A stretch of 60,729 bases of DNA from an uncultured virus (IMG/VR IMGVR_UViG_3300010153_000001) (lineage: Duplodnaviria; Heunggongvirae; Uroviricota; Caudoviricetes), in IMG/VR virus record IMGVR_UViG_3300010153_000001; one strand, given 5' to 3'. The notes beneath the pieces were generated by a model that worked only from the letters and a program-made list of their open reading frames with translations, had not been told where the DNA came from and made no database searches. This document shows positions 20,901 to 36,400 of the stretch, piece after piece. A program made the translations under genes and the position numbers. The stretch's first letter is position 1. Each line of letters begins with the position of its first letter.

Positions 20901-21468
20901 TGCCCCTAAAGAAGGTGGTATTATTATGAATATATCATATTCTAAAAATGGAGCAGGTGAAAATTTAGAAGCAGCAGAATATACAATAACCTTTAATAAA
21001 GATTGGGTAGATGGTAGATTAGCAAATTATAATGCTACTAAAGGAGATTATGCAGATGTATCATCAATGGTTACTAATGAGAAGTCTCCAGATTTCTTTA
21101 AGGATTATAGTATGACTATATTAATAGAAAAGGAAATAGATAATAATATATATAAAACAGGTAATGTAAGTGAACAGAGAATTATGGCTGAGATGCGTCA
21201 AAATAATGGTATGATTAATAGAACTATACCTAATGGAGGTGCTATGACAGTTTATGAAATTTCTCCAGGTACATATATGTATAGTGATTGGTATTGGGAT
21301 ATACAAGATGGAGAACAAGTAAAAGTACCTCTTAACAATATGCAGGTTCCTAAAGAATCAATTGGAAATATATTAGCAACACAAGAAGCTAAACTTCAAC
21401 AGATTGCAACAAGTAATATAGATCTTATTAAAACTTATAACGTTACCAATAATTATAGAGTAGAATAA
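17974..21468 (+). CDS. Large hypothetical virion/ejection protein (1164 aa)
   Basis: Long ORF with helical/coiled N-terminal half, directly upstream of the vRNAP gene as in crAss-like giant-gene clusters. No catalytic motif recognised. Confidence 0.55.
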   Translation: MATYIPGVEDSIPQSQPFVPDYKFLSDVLAVRQDRYDKNYKQLNDVYGKVVYADLTRNENKYVRDQYAEQLAPQIKQISGLDLSLQENVDAAYALFKPFYNNESVIKDLTATATLKNERQKMAAFKDSPIRAVREKYWDYGQQGLDIWEEDFKNADRQEALTMGLPQYIEDVDLVEWAEMLLDDSKLGDKEDIIISQDNKWIIKMKSGSLITAAPTGRMVKVKDKEGKEIEVPETKNLALEFIKDRLADDPTVQSAYHLRNYVDMRNYVKENSERLGGDEAAKKQWANDTIEKYTKNFEDDIVELEKIKATNKVTVSSWEAYAKRVGIKPGSQKDIDFLNSLDELELVNETIQGKKTKLEQITAPTSDLKDLLHKAYTSAMGTQMGVDMLSAATSYANKTMTRDMELNPEWKLWAEHKYRMAEKRLQASIDANKKEKENVKTTPRVPILRRKKGDKSNIQGDFDMVRENIDGGTPGYSDAISYNTEDQGNYIENFNKRRKDIIKTVYSKVAMDLNLDPSTFTPIFSPNLMVSHGEYAPGTLIKEGDAPKEGEFDNRPVSGMVGDGTVAGDIAAVRGTIENSKEPIEERVTFYPKKSSMTWNEFDAIDDPNEIHNMYTEMIRFIDNSEELFPSYSNVSQDMRTEISGDIINLRGDMAFFTEKSLELSEKYMETQRVLMGSDTYFNTAANDGGSIFDKDGIRINKEEWVERYVNKWTGITNEEMSNSPYGSINDPLVTGDWNNLDGGHYGTNYNPNGNFDLPDDLMGMQNTPIRNDIGINRDYSATNPAPDSLQTQMFNAGDPNAKSEMQVQNLMGGRYWQFNAMGSGMTDEWGNQLYVSPTAQTGQMYADAEAYYDYMYKAVNQKMTSTPENSKEFGYNFSSAMEGMPMQGDDMSISPVYTLTYDHNSGDDQNAGAMGFFNNIIAAVDGDPTQVSIVAGGDYMAASGESLGQVNPQMKALFNEAYNSVIAQYGNPDYAPKEGGIIMNISYSKNGAGENLEAAEYTITFNKDWVDGRLANYNATKGDYADVSSMVTNEKSPDFFKDYSMTILIEKEIDNNIYKTGNVSEQRIMAEMRQNNGMINRTIPNGGAMTVYEISPGTYMYSDWYWDIQDGEQVKVPLNNMQVPKESIGNILATQEAKLQQIATSNIDLIKTYNVTNNYRVE

Positions 21469-21492
21469 TTATTATAAATTCAGAATATAGAA

Positions 21493-24400
21493 ATGGCAGA
21501 ATTAAATGAAACGCTTCAAGGAAATATAAATCTTCCAGAGGGACCACCAGTAGTTAATGAACAAATGCAACCACCAGTTGGTTCACCTGAACCTACTATA
21601 GATGATAATGTTCCTGCTGTTAGTGATTTTGATTTTGATGATGTAGCTGATGTATTAGGTTCTCCAGCTGGAGATCTAGCAAGTTTACAACTTGTAGATC
21701 CAGCATTTGAGTCAATGATAAAAAATGCAGCAATTACTATTAATTCTTCTCCTCCTATAACTGGTATTCATTCTATTCATGATATTTATCCAGGTAAGGC
21801 AACACAACATTACAATCCTTATGAACAAAATACACCTCCTAATTTAGGAACATCAGAAGGAAAAGCAAAACTTTTACAACAAGGTTTATATAAATCTTTA
21901 ACTACACCTAATAAACATTTGGGTCCAGAAGGTTATATGCCTGATGTAGAGTTTGGTATTAGAGAAACAAATTTTGATAGATTTTATGCGTCAAGATTAT
22001 ATGATGATTTAGGTTTTCATCCTTGGAGAAATAATGAAGAATATTATAATGATAACTCTACATTCTGGGATGAGAATCAAAGAATGAGAAAACAAATGTG
22101 GAATGTTTTTCAAACAGGATTTACCTCATCATGGGATTCTTTTATGGATTACATGTCAGGTTCTGAAAATCCTATGGCAGATCTAGATGGTGCTCAAGAA
22201 TTTCAAGATGCAATGCGTATTGGTACTTCTACTAAGACAGGTTTTGGAGGAGCTACAAATAGATTCTTATTAAATGGAGGATATACATTTGGTATTGTAG
22301 CTAATATTGCAGTAGAAGAAATAGTAATGGCAGCTGCTGTTGCTCTTACAAGAAATCCTACTACTGCTGCCGCTGCAACAGCAAGAACTGTTACTAATGT
22401 AGGTAGATTTGGAAAAGCACTTAATTGGGGTAAAGGTTTTGCAAGAGCAACTGCTCAAGAATTAAAGAATAGTTTCTTTTATTTACCTGGAGTAAGTAAA
22501 GTAAGTGCAGGTTGGTCTCTGCTAAAAGATCTTAATAAGATTGAAAATGCAAGACATTTCTTTACTGCCACAGGTAAAGGAGCTTTAAATTTTATAGCAC
22601 CAAATACAATGAGAGCATTAAGTGATCTTAATACAACTAAAGGTGTAGCACGTGGTATACATAATATAAAACAATTACAAAGAACTTTTGGAGGATTTTA
22701 TAGAGATGCAAGAGAAATAAATCTTGCTATAGCAGAATCTAAACTTGAAGCAGGTTTAGTATATAATGAAATGATAGATAATTTATATCATGAGTATATG
22801 AAGCATAATGGTGAAGCACCTCCATCTGAACATATAGATCAGATACATCAAAAAGCTACAGCTGCTGCTGCCAAAACATTTACATATAATGCTCCTTTAA
22901 TATATATATCAAATAGAATTGTATTAGGTACGATATTTAGAGGAATGCCTGGTGGTTTAGGTAGATTGATGAGGCAACAACAGAAAGGAATGGGTAAGCG
23001 TATATTCAGAAATAGTAAGGTTTCACCTGCTGCATCAAAAGCAGCTAAAGCGGGTAAAGGAAAAATATGGTATGATGGTGGAGCAACTTTCTTACAAAGA
23101 TTAAAAAATAAAGGGGTTACAGGAGGTCTTGGTTCTATGGGTGCATTTGCATTAAGATATACTGGGGCAAATTTTGCTGAAGGTTTTCAAGAACTTTCAC
23201 AAGAAGTAATTTCTAAGACAGCAAAAGATTATTATACTGGTTTATTTGTAGATCCTGCACAACCTGCATCTGCATTATTTGATACATCACTTGATGAGGC
23301 AATTAAAGCACAAATAAGCCCTCAAGGTTTTGAAGTATTTATGTCTGGATTTATGATGGGTAGATTAGTACAACCTGTACAAAGAACATTCACAGAATAT
23401 TTACCTCAATTTTTTCATTGGAGTAGAGGTAATTGGGGAAGTCAAAAACATAAGGAGGCTTGGACAAAGTACAAAGAAGGTAAAGAAAACTTCCTAGAGA
23501 GATCTATAAAGAATATGAATGAGATGGCTGAAGATCCTCATAAATATTTTGATAAAACAAGATTAAATGCTGTAGAACAAAAACAATTAAATAGAAGATT
23601 ATTAGAATCTACATATGCATCAGATATGTTATCTTTTATGGATGATAAAGATCAAGCAAGTTTTACTCAATTAGATTATTTATTTAAGACTGGAACACAA
23701 CAGGAGTTTAGAGCTATGATGCAGGATTGGATGAAATTATCTGATGAAGATTTAAAGACAGCATTTCCTGAATTTTCAAAAGATGTTAAGAATGGAAAAC
23801 TTAGAGGTAGAATAGAAAGTTATATAAGTAGAATGGATAAATTCTCTAGAGGATGGGAAGTAGTACAAGATAAATATCCAAATCCATTTGATAGTTCACA
23901 ATTTGTAAAAGGAAGTAAAGAATATACAGAGGAAGCACTTAGAGAAATAGCTTGGGATCATTCTACAAAATTAATGATGTATACTAGCGATACATTTACA
24001 AGAGCGTTAGAAAGACATAATAGTATATTCCAAAGATTATCAAATGATTCTGCTATTAGTAAAATGAATCCTAAAGATATTTCAGTATTATTAGATTTAA
24101 AATCTCTTAAAACTGAAATAGAATTATTAGAAAGTGAAATTAAATTAGGTGCTACTACACCAGCACAACAAGAGCAATTAGAAACAAAACAAAAAAGATT
24201 AGAGTTATTAAAAAATTATCTTGATGTAATAACAGATCCTGAAAACTTTGTACCAACCAACAAAGAAGAAACAGATATTGCATTATCTGCAGATATGGAA
24301 TATCAAGAGACAGAAGAAACTGGAGATGATGTATTTGAATTCAAAGGTAAGAAATTTAAAGCTTCTGTTAAACCAAAAAGAAGAGTAGGAACATTTGATA

Positions 24401-27400
24401 GAAGAAAGATAAATAAACTTAAACCTGCTTTTATGTCTTATATAAATTTTCTTGCAGAGGCAAAAGGAGAATTTATAAAAACAAATGATCTTAATGAGGT
24501 ATTAAAAGATATAGTAGACTATAAGTTTCTAAAAGGAAGATCACAAACATATTTTAGAGCTATTGAAAATATACAGAATCCAGAAAGATTATCAGATATA
24601 GCAGGTATAATAGCTCAGACATTAAAAACATTCTATGATAATAATCAGGTACATGTAGAAAAATCAGTTAAGAAATATGTTTCTGATATAGAAAAGAATG
24701 AATTAATAAATCAACTTGCAGGACAAGGTGTTTATCCAGACGGGGAACAGGTAGTATTATTTTTCCAAGAAGGTATAATACCAACTATATTTCATTCAGA
24801 AGCTGGTCAAGTCTCTCCTACATCTAATAAAGAGAAATGGGAGACTGTACAAAATATAATAAAATCATGGCAACAAGCTGATCAAAAAACTGATGTTAAA
24901 CCAGGAGAAACACTTAATGAAGAAGAGTTAACTCAAGAAGATGAGTTTGATGATATAGTAAGACAGACTGAAAATATATCTAGTGAGGTAGCAGAAGCTA
25001 CTAATAGTGTGTTGGTTACAAAATGGAGAGCTTATGTAAAAGGTAAAGTTGGTACAGAAGGTAAAGTTTTATCTTGGAAGGAGTGGCAAAATACTAAACA
25101 AGCTAAAGATATAAAAGAGATTAGATCAAATTTAAATAATTATTATTTACAGAATTTAACACAAGAACAACAACAAGAAAAATCTTTTGATAATTGGTTA
25201 ATTGAAAATCAAAGAGCACCTGAAGTATACACTATTATAAACTCTAAAGGAGGATCTCTTAGTGATATTATAATCACAGATTCTGATGTTGCACAGACTG
25301 ATAAATTAGATAGAGGTGATGAGATTGTTCAAGAAGATCCGTCAGGTATACATATTTTAAAGAAGCTTGTATCAGGACAAACACAAGAAGAAGATGAATA
25401 TTATTTTGAGATTGTAGATAATAATATGAATAATCTATATGAACAATATAAAATGATAGATCCTAATGGAAAAGTCATAAGAGATCATTATAAAACATTA
25501 GGTGAGGCAGTTGGAGCTCATGAGATGATTATAGGATTGTTACCAGATAACAGTACTTTTAATTTTCAAGGTGAAGATTTACATTGGAAAGAAGTATTAC
25601 AAGATAATAAAGATAATCAGTTTGTTGTAATAACAACACCAAAGACATTTAATAAAGGACGTAAGTTATATTTAAGACCTCTTGAAACTGCTAATGATAG
25701 AAATACAAGTTTTCAAGTTGATGATATAGGTCTATATAGAAAATTAGATACATCTAAACTTAAACCTATTACAGAAGAACAAAATCTATTGAAGCTTAGA
25801 CAATCTGAACCTATAAAGATGTATGCTCATAGAGCACCAGGTGAATCATCTCATGATGCTGAAGTTAGATTAAGTGATAGATTACAATCATTAACTCCTG
25901 AAAACACAAATAGTCTTAAATTAAAGGTTTCTAAAAATGAAAATTTTGAATCATTTAATGTAACAGCTGGTGAAGCTTTACCACAATTAGGAACTACAGA
26001 ATTTACTAATCCTAAATTAAGAGTGGGTAGTGAAGAACTTACTGTTGCTGTTATACTTGGACAAGAAACATTAGGTTATTTACAAGGACCTACAGCTGCT
26101 ATTCTTTTAGATGAATATGGTAAAACTGTTAATCCTTTAAATTTAACTGAAGATCAAGTAGATGATTATTTTCAAATTTATAAGACTACTAAAACTCAAA
26201 TTAGAACTAAAGAAGAACAACTGCAAATTATAAAAAATAATTATGCAAGTAGTATATTATTAAATGAAAAATTAAAGGAACTATTAAGTGGTGATATAGA
26301 AGTTATAGTACCTGTAAATTCCATTAAAGGTTTAGACCTTAGAGTTTCACCTGGAAAGATGTTATATTCTAGGAAGGGTGAAGGAGCTCTTTTTTCTGAA
26401 TTAGTTACAAACAAGATTGATGGTGAAAATATTTGGGTATTAGATAACCGTAGTGATGGTGAAGGTGGTGTAATCACAAATATAACTGATGATAATCTTT
26501 ATGAAAAAACAGCTGCTATAGTATCTGCTGCATCAGAAGAAACAGGTTATAATCCTGCTAATACATTAAGTAGATATGTTGCTGTAACAAGATTAGCAAA
26601 TGGAACATTTACATTTGTTGAACTAAAAGCAGATCAATTAACAGAACAAGAACAAAATGATATAGTATTAAAGATTCTTAATGCACAAGATAAAACATTA
26701 GATGAAAATATTAATGATAATGATGAAGTTATAAGTGAGACTTTAAACTTCAAACTTAATGAAGATCTTAAAAGTGAGTTCTATATATTTGGAAAGTCTG
26801 GAGAATTTATTGATATAGAAGTTACACCAAGAGGTGATGTTCAAGTAAAGTACTTCAATACAAAAAAGAAAAATGAAGTAGGTGGACCATTAAGAATAAG
26901 TTATACAATTAATGAAAACGATCTTAAAGGTGTTAAAGAAAGTAACAAACCATTTGAAGCATTCCTTACTGCAGTTAATAATAAAATTAAATTCAAAGAT
27001 GCTGGATTAGCAACACCTATTAAACTAAAATTAACAAAAGATAAATTTAGAAAAGCTATTCCTGCAGAAGCAACTCCTCAAGATCTTGGATCTGTAATTA
27101 CTAATTTTGAAAAAGAACTAAGAGGAAAGATTAGAATGGAAGCAGTTATAGCTGATTCAGCTGCAATTAATAATATTATCAATACATCAACTATTCCTTC
27201 TAATATCCAAGAAACTGTAGAAGAAAAGATCAATAAGACTGATAATGTTATGGTAAATGCTGAAATGGAATCTCCTGAGCTTACTCCAGAATATATGCAG
27301 AATTTATTTAAGAATGATTTTCAAGGTGTTGAAGATTCTACAATAAAATTAATAGCAAGAAAACTAGCCACTAATCAGGATCTTACTCCTGCTGAACGTA

Positions 27401-30400
27401 CAATATATATTAATAAAAAGAATCCATCAGTACGTGAATCAATCAACCTGTTAAAACTTACATATTTATCTGGTGTAATTGAAGAAGGTGGTATGACTGA
27501 TATTAATGTTAATGATGTAACTTCTACAACAGAAAAATCTCCATCTAGAAAAATTGCAGATGAACTTGCAGTGTTAGAAGAAGAGTATGATAAATTAGAA
27601 GATTCTATTTATAGAACTACATATGAAACTATAATCCCAGATAAAACAAAATCTACAAAAGATACTGTAAGGGAAGCTAATATTGCAGCTAATGAAGCTG
27701 TAGATAATGATCCTAAACTAAAAGAATTAGATAAACAAATTGAGGACCTTAAGAAAAAGTTAGCTCCAAAAGTTATTAATGAGAATTTTGGTCAAGAACA
27801 CATTGAACAAATAGATCAATTTATTACATGGGCTAAACAAAATCTACCAGAGTTTATTCAAATACAAGATATACAAGATCTATCAGCCAGGTTAAAAGAA
27901 AACGGTAAGACAGTTGGTATGTTTGTATTAGAATTAAATAATCTATTTTTTATTACACCCAGCATAAAGAAAAATGTTGAAGGTAGTATATATGTTGGTG
28001 CACAAACACCATTTAAATATCACGAAGCTTTTCATGGAGTATTTAGAATGTTATTGTCTGAAGCAGAGATCAAAAAATATCTTGCTATAGCTAAGAAAGA
28101 AAAAAATGCAGAATTAAGATCAGAAGGTAAAAAATTATCTGAAGCTCTTAATGAACTTAAGTCATCTCATAGTATTTATAATAACTTAACAAAAGAACAA
28201 CTAGAAGATAGATTATATGAAGAATATCTAGCAGATAAGTTTGAAGAATTTAAAATGAATCCTAAAGGAACTAACACATCCTCTGAGATTAAAAGTTTAT
28301 TTACTAGAATTTTAGAATGGATTAAAGCTGTATTTAAAGGATTTTCTAAAAATGAATTAACAACTTTATTTGAAAATATTGATGCTGGTAAATATAAAAC
28401 AACAAGTGTACAAACCAATAGATTTACTACAGAAGCAGTAGAATCTGGAGTATCATCTCAAGCTCCTAAAGTTATACCTGTTGATAGTTATACATATTCT
28501 TATAATGACCCATTCACTGGAAAAGAAATTGTATCATTAGCAAATACATATATGACTGCTAATGATCAGAGAACAATGATTGCTACTATTTCATCACTAT
28601 TTAGAAGTTATGTTGACAGAGGAGATTTATTAATAATGTCTAGGCAAAGTGTACTTGATAAAGCTATTTCAGATTATACTAAATTATTAGATCCAAGGAG
28701 AGAATATTATACTGCAGAGGATAATGGTATACCATATAGATCTATAAGAAGAAAACTAAAGAGTTTTCATAAAGCATTAAAAAAGAATAAGGATATTATT
28801 GCTCAAAATGTTACAGACTATTTATCTATCTATGATAACAAATATCAAATAGAACAAGATACTTTTGAGGAATTTGAAAATTCTGATGATACTAATGTAA
28901 GAAGGGTAGATGAATATGGTAAGAGTGCAAGTCAAATAGGAGGTATTAATTCTTTATCAACATTTTTAAGGACATTTATAGCAACAACTATAATAGAAGA
29001 ACAAGACATGTTTGGTAATAAAGAAACATTAGAGGGTGTTCCTATTGTAACTACAGTTGATTACAACTTTGCATACAGTGGATTATTAAAAGCTCTTGCT
29101 AATAAAACAACAGATTTAGAAATGTTGAGAGCATTAGTATCATTTAGTAGTTCTAATAAACATACCGCTGCTGTTGCAAGTAATATATTTAAAGAAGCAG
29201 GTATTAATGATCCTGCATCTTTATTAGAATTAGATCAGATGCCTAAAATTGCAAATACTAATTTTATACAAAAAGTTATTAAAGGATTTAATCAATTTAA
29301 AGTTGATTATATGTTTGCACATAAAGATACAAATACAGATGTTGTATTTATATATGCAGCTAATAAAAAGGATGATAGTAATATGCAACTTGATCAGTGG
29401 GCAGAACACTTTGAACAAGTATATCCTTCATTATTATCAGATGCAGGAAAGAAAAAAGCATTAACTACTCTTAATCTATTCTATTCTAAATTACAAAATC
29501 CAAAAGAAAGAAGCAGAGCTCAATTAGATAAAGAGGCAAAAGCAGTATCTGAGAATCTTTATGATTTACTTGGAATACAAATTAATGCAGAAACTATTAA
29601 GTATAGTATTTTATCTACCAAAGTTGATAGAAAAGTATGGGAAGAAGCTATAGTACAATTAGGATTATCTGCAGGTGCGGATCCAATTACTCCAGAAGAT
29701 GTTGCTCAAATAAGAAATTCAGTATCAAGAGGTGAAAATCTCTTCTTAGATAATCAAACAAATATACCTGAGAAGGCAACAGATGAAGATAATACAACTG
29801 AAGAAATAGATCATAGTACAGGAGTAGCTAGTAGATTAAGAAAATTAGCTAAAACGAATTCTTATTTTGATGAGACTGTAGGTGCTACTGTATTTAGAGA
29901 TCCTAAAGGTAATTTTATATATGCTCATCAGATGCCTACATTCCATTTAGTAAAAGTAGCTGAGATGAGTTCTAAGGATTGGGCACAAAATAAAATAAAA
30001 GAAAACTCATTCTTTAGTAAAAATTATCTATTAAATAATGAAAAATTCTTAGCTCATGCTGCTGCAGGAAAATTAAAAGTAACTAGATTTATAGGAAGTA
30101 AAGAAGGAAAACTAGATGAGAATGAACATGGCACGATAATAGAGAATAGAGGTTTAACTGTAAATCAAAAACCTGGTGTCTCATTTGGTGAGTCTACAGG
30201 TGCAGAATTTATTGCTGATGTAATTAATTCATATGTATATCATTACAATAGAAATAGTCAGAAGGTTCCATTAAATCCATATATAACTAAAGAAGGTAAA
30301 GATGATTATTATATAGAAGCCCCTATAGATTTAAAAGTAATGTCTGATGCAAGTACAAATGATTTTGTTAGTTTACCAATTGAGAAAATGATTGAACAAG

Positions 30401-33400
30401 ATGAATCTGGGGATATTAAACTTACAGATCATTCTCTTGATGCATTAATTAATAACATATTACAAACAGAATATAATAGAGTTCTAAAGGAAGTTAATCC
30501 TGAAACAGCTGAAACAGATGTAATAGAAGGATTTAATACAGATAGTATAAAGAAAGGAAAACAACTTGGTCAGAGAGGTAAAAGATTTGTAAGATCAAGA
30601 GGTTTTATTACAAGAAGAAAAAGTAAGATTAAAAGAATTGGTGGTATACAAGCACCCCTTATGTCAAAAGAAACTGCAAAAGATATTGTAGATAATAATC
30701 AAAAAATAATATTAAGAGGTGGTAAAGCTCAATCTAAAATTGGTTTAGATTCTGGACAACAGTCTGCTGTATTATTACCATATGAACAAGAAGGAGAATC
30801 TAGATATGCTGATGTAGTTGTAAAAAATAAAGGTTTAGTCTCAGTTAATAATATTAATCTTGACCAGTACATTAAAGATTTAGGGAATGCAGTAAGTACT
30901 AAACCTATTGCAGGTAAAAAGAAACAAAACACAGCTAAAATTGGTGAGATAACATATTATTTCCAAAGATTAGATGATGCTAAATTCTTTAGTGGAAAAA
31001 TAGATCAATATGTATATGAGTTTATAACATCAGATACCACGGAAGAAACAGATGTAGAAGCAGGTGTTGAAGAAGTTCAGACTCCAGAAGGTGTTGAAGA
31101 ACAAGTAGTTTTCTTTGAGTCAGACAATTTTGTGGAAGAGACTTTAATTAATGCTGCTAAAGAAGAACTATCTTTTGAAGATGCAATGAAAAGAGTAGGT
31201 GAAGATAAACTGAAAGAAATAATTGAAGAAAGAATATTAACTGACTTCTTTGACTTTAGACGTTTACTTTCTAATATACGAGCAACAGAAAAATTAAGTG
31301 TAGAAATTACATCAGGTCTAGGTGAAATGGTAAGACCTCAAAAAGGAAAACGTGGTAGACCATATTATAAAACTACTGAAGCTGGTAAAAAAGCAATGAA
31401 GTTATATAATCTAAAAGAGAATGATCTTGATTATAATCTTGCTCAAATATATATGCATCAATTTATAAATGCTAGATCTATGAATGAGGTATTATTAGGA
31501 GATCATGCAAAATTATTTACTAATTTCACTGATGAGATTAAGAGAGCTAAGATGCAAAATGCAGCAGGACCAAGTGCAGCATCAGCTCTTACAGCTCCTA
31601 AACTTGGTATTAATCATACATTCATGTCTGATAATAGTATCAGTTTATTTACTTATCATGATCCTGAAGTCATGAATAAATTCTCAACAGGAACCACTAA
31701 AGAAACTGATGCCTTCATGGTTGGAACTGTTAAAGCATTTAGACATTTTTGGTTTGGTATTGGTAATCTTACTACAGAACAAGCAAATCTCTTAGATAAA
31801 ATTCAAGCAGGTGAACAGATAACTGTTGATGATATGTGGGGTAATGTGGCATTAGGAACGGAAGGATATAAAAAATTAAATGCTCTTATAAACTCTAAGA
31901 AGTTTGTATATGGTGATGGACAAACATATCTAAAAATGTCATTCTTTGTTCTAACTCCTGAGCTTACATCATATAAAGATAGATTTGGTGAATGGAAAGC
32001 TCTACCACAAATGGAACAATTACACCATTTAAGAGTTAAGATGGAAAACTTTGAGAAAGGTAAAGAAACTGTAGCTATAGCAATTCCTACATCAGGATCT
32101 AAAATGATGAAGAAGAATGTTGTTAGTGCAGAAGAAATGTATAGTAATAAATCTATTGAAGAACTGCAAGCAAACTATGGAGAAAGAAAAATAAATACAG
32201 GACTGAATCCTAAATGGATGAGATTGCAAGTTGTAAATCCATCTAATAAGATAGAAATTGTTGATCCACGTCAGATGAAACAACTAGTTACTAGTGAACA
32301 ATCTGATAATGTAGAGGTTGTTATAGATGGAAAAGTAACCACATTAGGTGAAGTAAGAAAAACGTATCATAAATCTGTTGCAGCTCAAACTACATTAAGA
32401 TTTAAGAATAGAAGAAATCTTGTATTTGATATGAATACTGCATTAGATGAAATTGGTAAGAGTAAAGATCTAGGTAAGACAACACCTAATCTTAGATCAT
32501 TCTTACGTTATGCAATGGCAGGTTTAGAATCTTCACAAGCTAAAACTCAAATGTTAGAATTCTTCTCATTTGATGAAGTAGGTAATCCTAAATATGATTT
32601 AAACAATCCTATTACAATAGATAAATTTCAACAATTATTTTTAGCATATTTTAGTAAAGGTGTTTTAGCAGGAAGACAACCTGGAGTATCATTAGCTTTA
32701 GCATCTAGCTATGGTGTAAAACCAATGAGAAGAGTTAAAAAAGTAGATGAGAACGGCCAACCTATTGAAACTGAAATAATTAGAATGGATGAATTTAAAA
32801 AGAATCCTTCTAAATATAAACCAGTTGATAAATTTATAGATGGGAAATGGGTGGATGTTAAAAAAGGAGATATAATATTACAAGAGTTACAACATAATGT
32901 ATATGATGCTGAAAGAAAAATTTATTATAGTGAGTTTATGATGGCTCCTCATCACAGAGATGTACATAAATTTATTAAACCAGGAGATATTATACCTAAA
33001 GCTGTAGCTGAAGCACTTGGTATACGTATCCCATCTCAAGATAAACACTCTGCTATAAGTTTAAGATTAGTAGATTTCTTACCTGTATATTATGGATCAA
33101 CAGCAATGTTCTCAAAAGAACTTATTGAAATATCTGGAGCTGATTTTGACATTGATAAATTATATACAGCTCTTAAAGATTTCTATTATGAGAAAGGAGA
33201 TTTTAAAGAATATGGTAAAGCTGAGACTGAGAAAGGTAGATATACAGAATATATAAGATATATTATATCTCAAGTAAATAGAAGAGGATCAACAATAAAT
33301 GAAGCAGTTATTAATTGGAGTACAAATGATTCACAATTTTTAGATGCTGAACAAACAGAAGATCTTCAAGATGAGATAGCTAGAAAAACTGCTTCAGAAT

Positions 33401-36400
33401 TAGTAGTAAATGCAGATTTATTTAATAAATCCTATACAGCAAAGATCTTAGGATACATACTAGAGATTAATGATAATATTACTGATCAACAAATTATAAA
33501 ACTTTATAATAAGAACGAAGATCTATATGGTGCTCTTAAGAGTTTAGGTCTACCCGTTACTTTGAAAGAATATAAAGCTTATGTAGAGAAACATGGTGAA
33601 CCATATGAAGGCGCAATAAATAATAATATACTTGATCAAAGAATAGCTTTAGTTGCAAATGAAGGAGTTGTAAAACCAATTGATGGAAGAGAAATAGGTT
33701 ATGGTAATGAACCAGCTAACTTGGAACCTTTATATGAAATAAGAGATTTTCTAGAAGAAACATTCCCAGAGCTGGCTGACTTTGCTAATCCAGAAGATAT
33801 TGATCCTGACAATATGTTAGGTCTAATTGAAACTTGGAATAGTATTAAAACTGGTGAAGGTGGTATTGGTGCGGCTGTAAGACCTAATGTTGTTCTTGGT
33901 ATGCTAGGAGAAAATGGTGTTGTATTAAAGAGTAAGAAAGTAGGAGGTAAAGAACTATATCCACAAATAAGATTTAATAAAATTACATACAACAAGTTTG
34001 GAACTCCATATTCTATTGATGGAAAAACTACTAAAGATAAAGCTACAAGAACTCAATATCTTATATCTTCATTGATAACAATGATGACAGATAATGCTAA
34101 AGAGAGATTGGCTGATGTTTTAGGAGTTAATAAAAATTCACTAGCTGTTCTTACTAATCTATCATCTTTAGGTGTACCAATTCAGACTAGCATATTATTA
34201 CTTAAAAATCCTGTTATTAAATTAGGTTATGAATTTGCTATAAATAAACCTACACCAATGTCTCCTGGTATATCTAAAATATTACAAAAGAGACAGAAGT
34301 TTTTAAATAAAGAATTTGAAATTACTACTGAGCCTGTAACAACTGAAGCTCTAATAGAAGCTATAAATAATGACTGGTTAGATCCTACAATACCATTAGC
34401 TACAGGATTTGGTGATAACCTAACTGGACAAACTCCTGAAGGTTATACAGATAAACAAGCGTCTGTTGAATATGCAATAAACAGACAATTTATTACAGCA
34501 AGAAGAGTTGCAGACTATACAGGTCATTTAGGTTCTTTAGTTGATTTACTTTCTGGTTTTGGTAGAACTATGGAAGTTGTAGATAGCAGAGCAGAAAACT
34601 TTAAGAAATTAGGATTAGATCTTACTGACTCAGAATTTGCTAAGTTAAGAGATGATAATTATTTAGATTTAGATAGACCTAGTGATGCTCCGTTTGTTCC
34701 TTTTGATGCTAGACCTATAATCAAAGGGGATGATTTCCGTGCTACATATTATAAAATATTTAAAGAGTTTACAGAGGATCTTCTACCAGCAGTATTTATA
34801 ACACGTACTGATAATTTCATAAAAATGAAGAACACTGTGATAGCTAATATGGTACGTAATAATCAAATAGTTAATTCTGAAAGAAGAAACGCTATTGAAA
34901 AAGATGTACTAAGTTATCTAACTATTAAAGCATATAGACAGTTCTTACTTAACTCAGAGAATGGTATAGAGAAATTAGCATCATTACAGAATGGTATGAT
35001 CTATGATGATGTAGGAGGAAAGGATACTTTAACAATAGAAAGCATTACTAAAAGTATAAGGAATTATTTTGCTTCAAAAGGAAGAGAAAATTATTTCATA
35101 GAAAAATTTGTTAATCTAGATCTATCTACGAATGAAACAAATAAAGCTAATATAAATAGATTAAAAGGTAACAACTGGACAAAGATGTCTGATAGTAGAG
35201 CTGTTGATCTTCAAGCTAGTTTTGCTGAAATATATAGTGAACCTGCTTTAAGACCACATGCATATGATTTAGTTCATTATCTTCTTGTTAAAGATGGTAT
35301 GCAATTTGCTAATAATACTTTCTTATCTGCTATTCCAGCTTTTATGTTTGACCAAATATTAAACTCCATATCTGCTGGACACAGACTTCTAAAGTCAGAA
35401 ACAGCAACAACCAGTTCTTATGATCTTATATTTGGTATGGGTGCAAAAGAATTAGCTAATGAATTTGCTGAGGGATATTTAAAATCTAATAAGAATGGAT
35501 GGTTATTACCACAGATAACAAGTGTAACTTCTGATGAGACAAGACCTGGTCATATTGATAGTGATGGGAATTTACAACTTAATATGTTTGCTGGAGTAAA
35601 TTCTTACATGAATCAAAAGGGTGAAAAAGTTGTCAAAGGAAAGAAATTCAAATTTAAAAGGAAAGGTAAATCAATATTTATAGATACAACATCAAAAGAA
35701 TATAAAAGATTAGTAACTAACATAGGAGAATTAAGTAATATGGGTGTTATATTTACTGCAATAGATGTAGATGGAAAAACACATCTAGAAATGAATATGC
35801 CTTTATATTTTAGAAATCAATATCAAGATGCTTTTGGTAGGACATACACAAAAGATTTTCAGTTAAATCAAGCATATAAAGAATCTCAATTTTCACAAAC
35901 AGGAGATGTATTAAATATGTTAGAGGGTGAAGAACTAATAGTAAAAGGTTGGCAAGCAACATATGTTCCTGTAGAGTTAGTTGGATCTAATCAAGCTACA
36001 GCAGTTGCTTTTGCTAATGGAGAAGTTCCAACTTATAATTCTTTAAAACCTAAGAATATAGACCCTATAGATAATATATTGAAAAATCTTAATATACAAG
36101 ATATTGAAAAACAAATTGAAGGTTTAGACTTTAATCAAATACAAGAGCTCTATGATGAAGCTACTAATACAGGAAAGGAAGTATCATCTACTAATAAAGG
36201 AGTAAAAATAGATGGTAAAAAAATTGATTCAAATACCCCAGCACCTGAATTCAATTTAACAGATGCTATAATGAAGTCACTTTCAGTAAGTGAAGAAGAT
36301 ATAGTTGGTGATAATGTAGAGAATACTAATCTATTGTTAAATCAATTAGGTATATCACAAGTTGAGAAATCTAATAAATCTGATGAAGAAATAAAAGTAA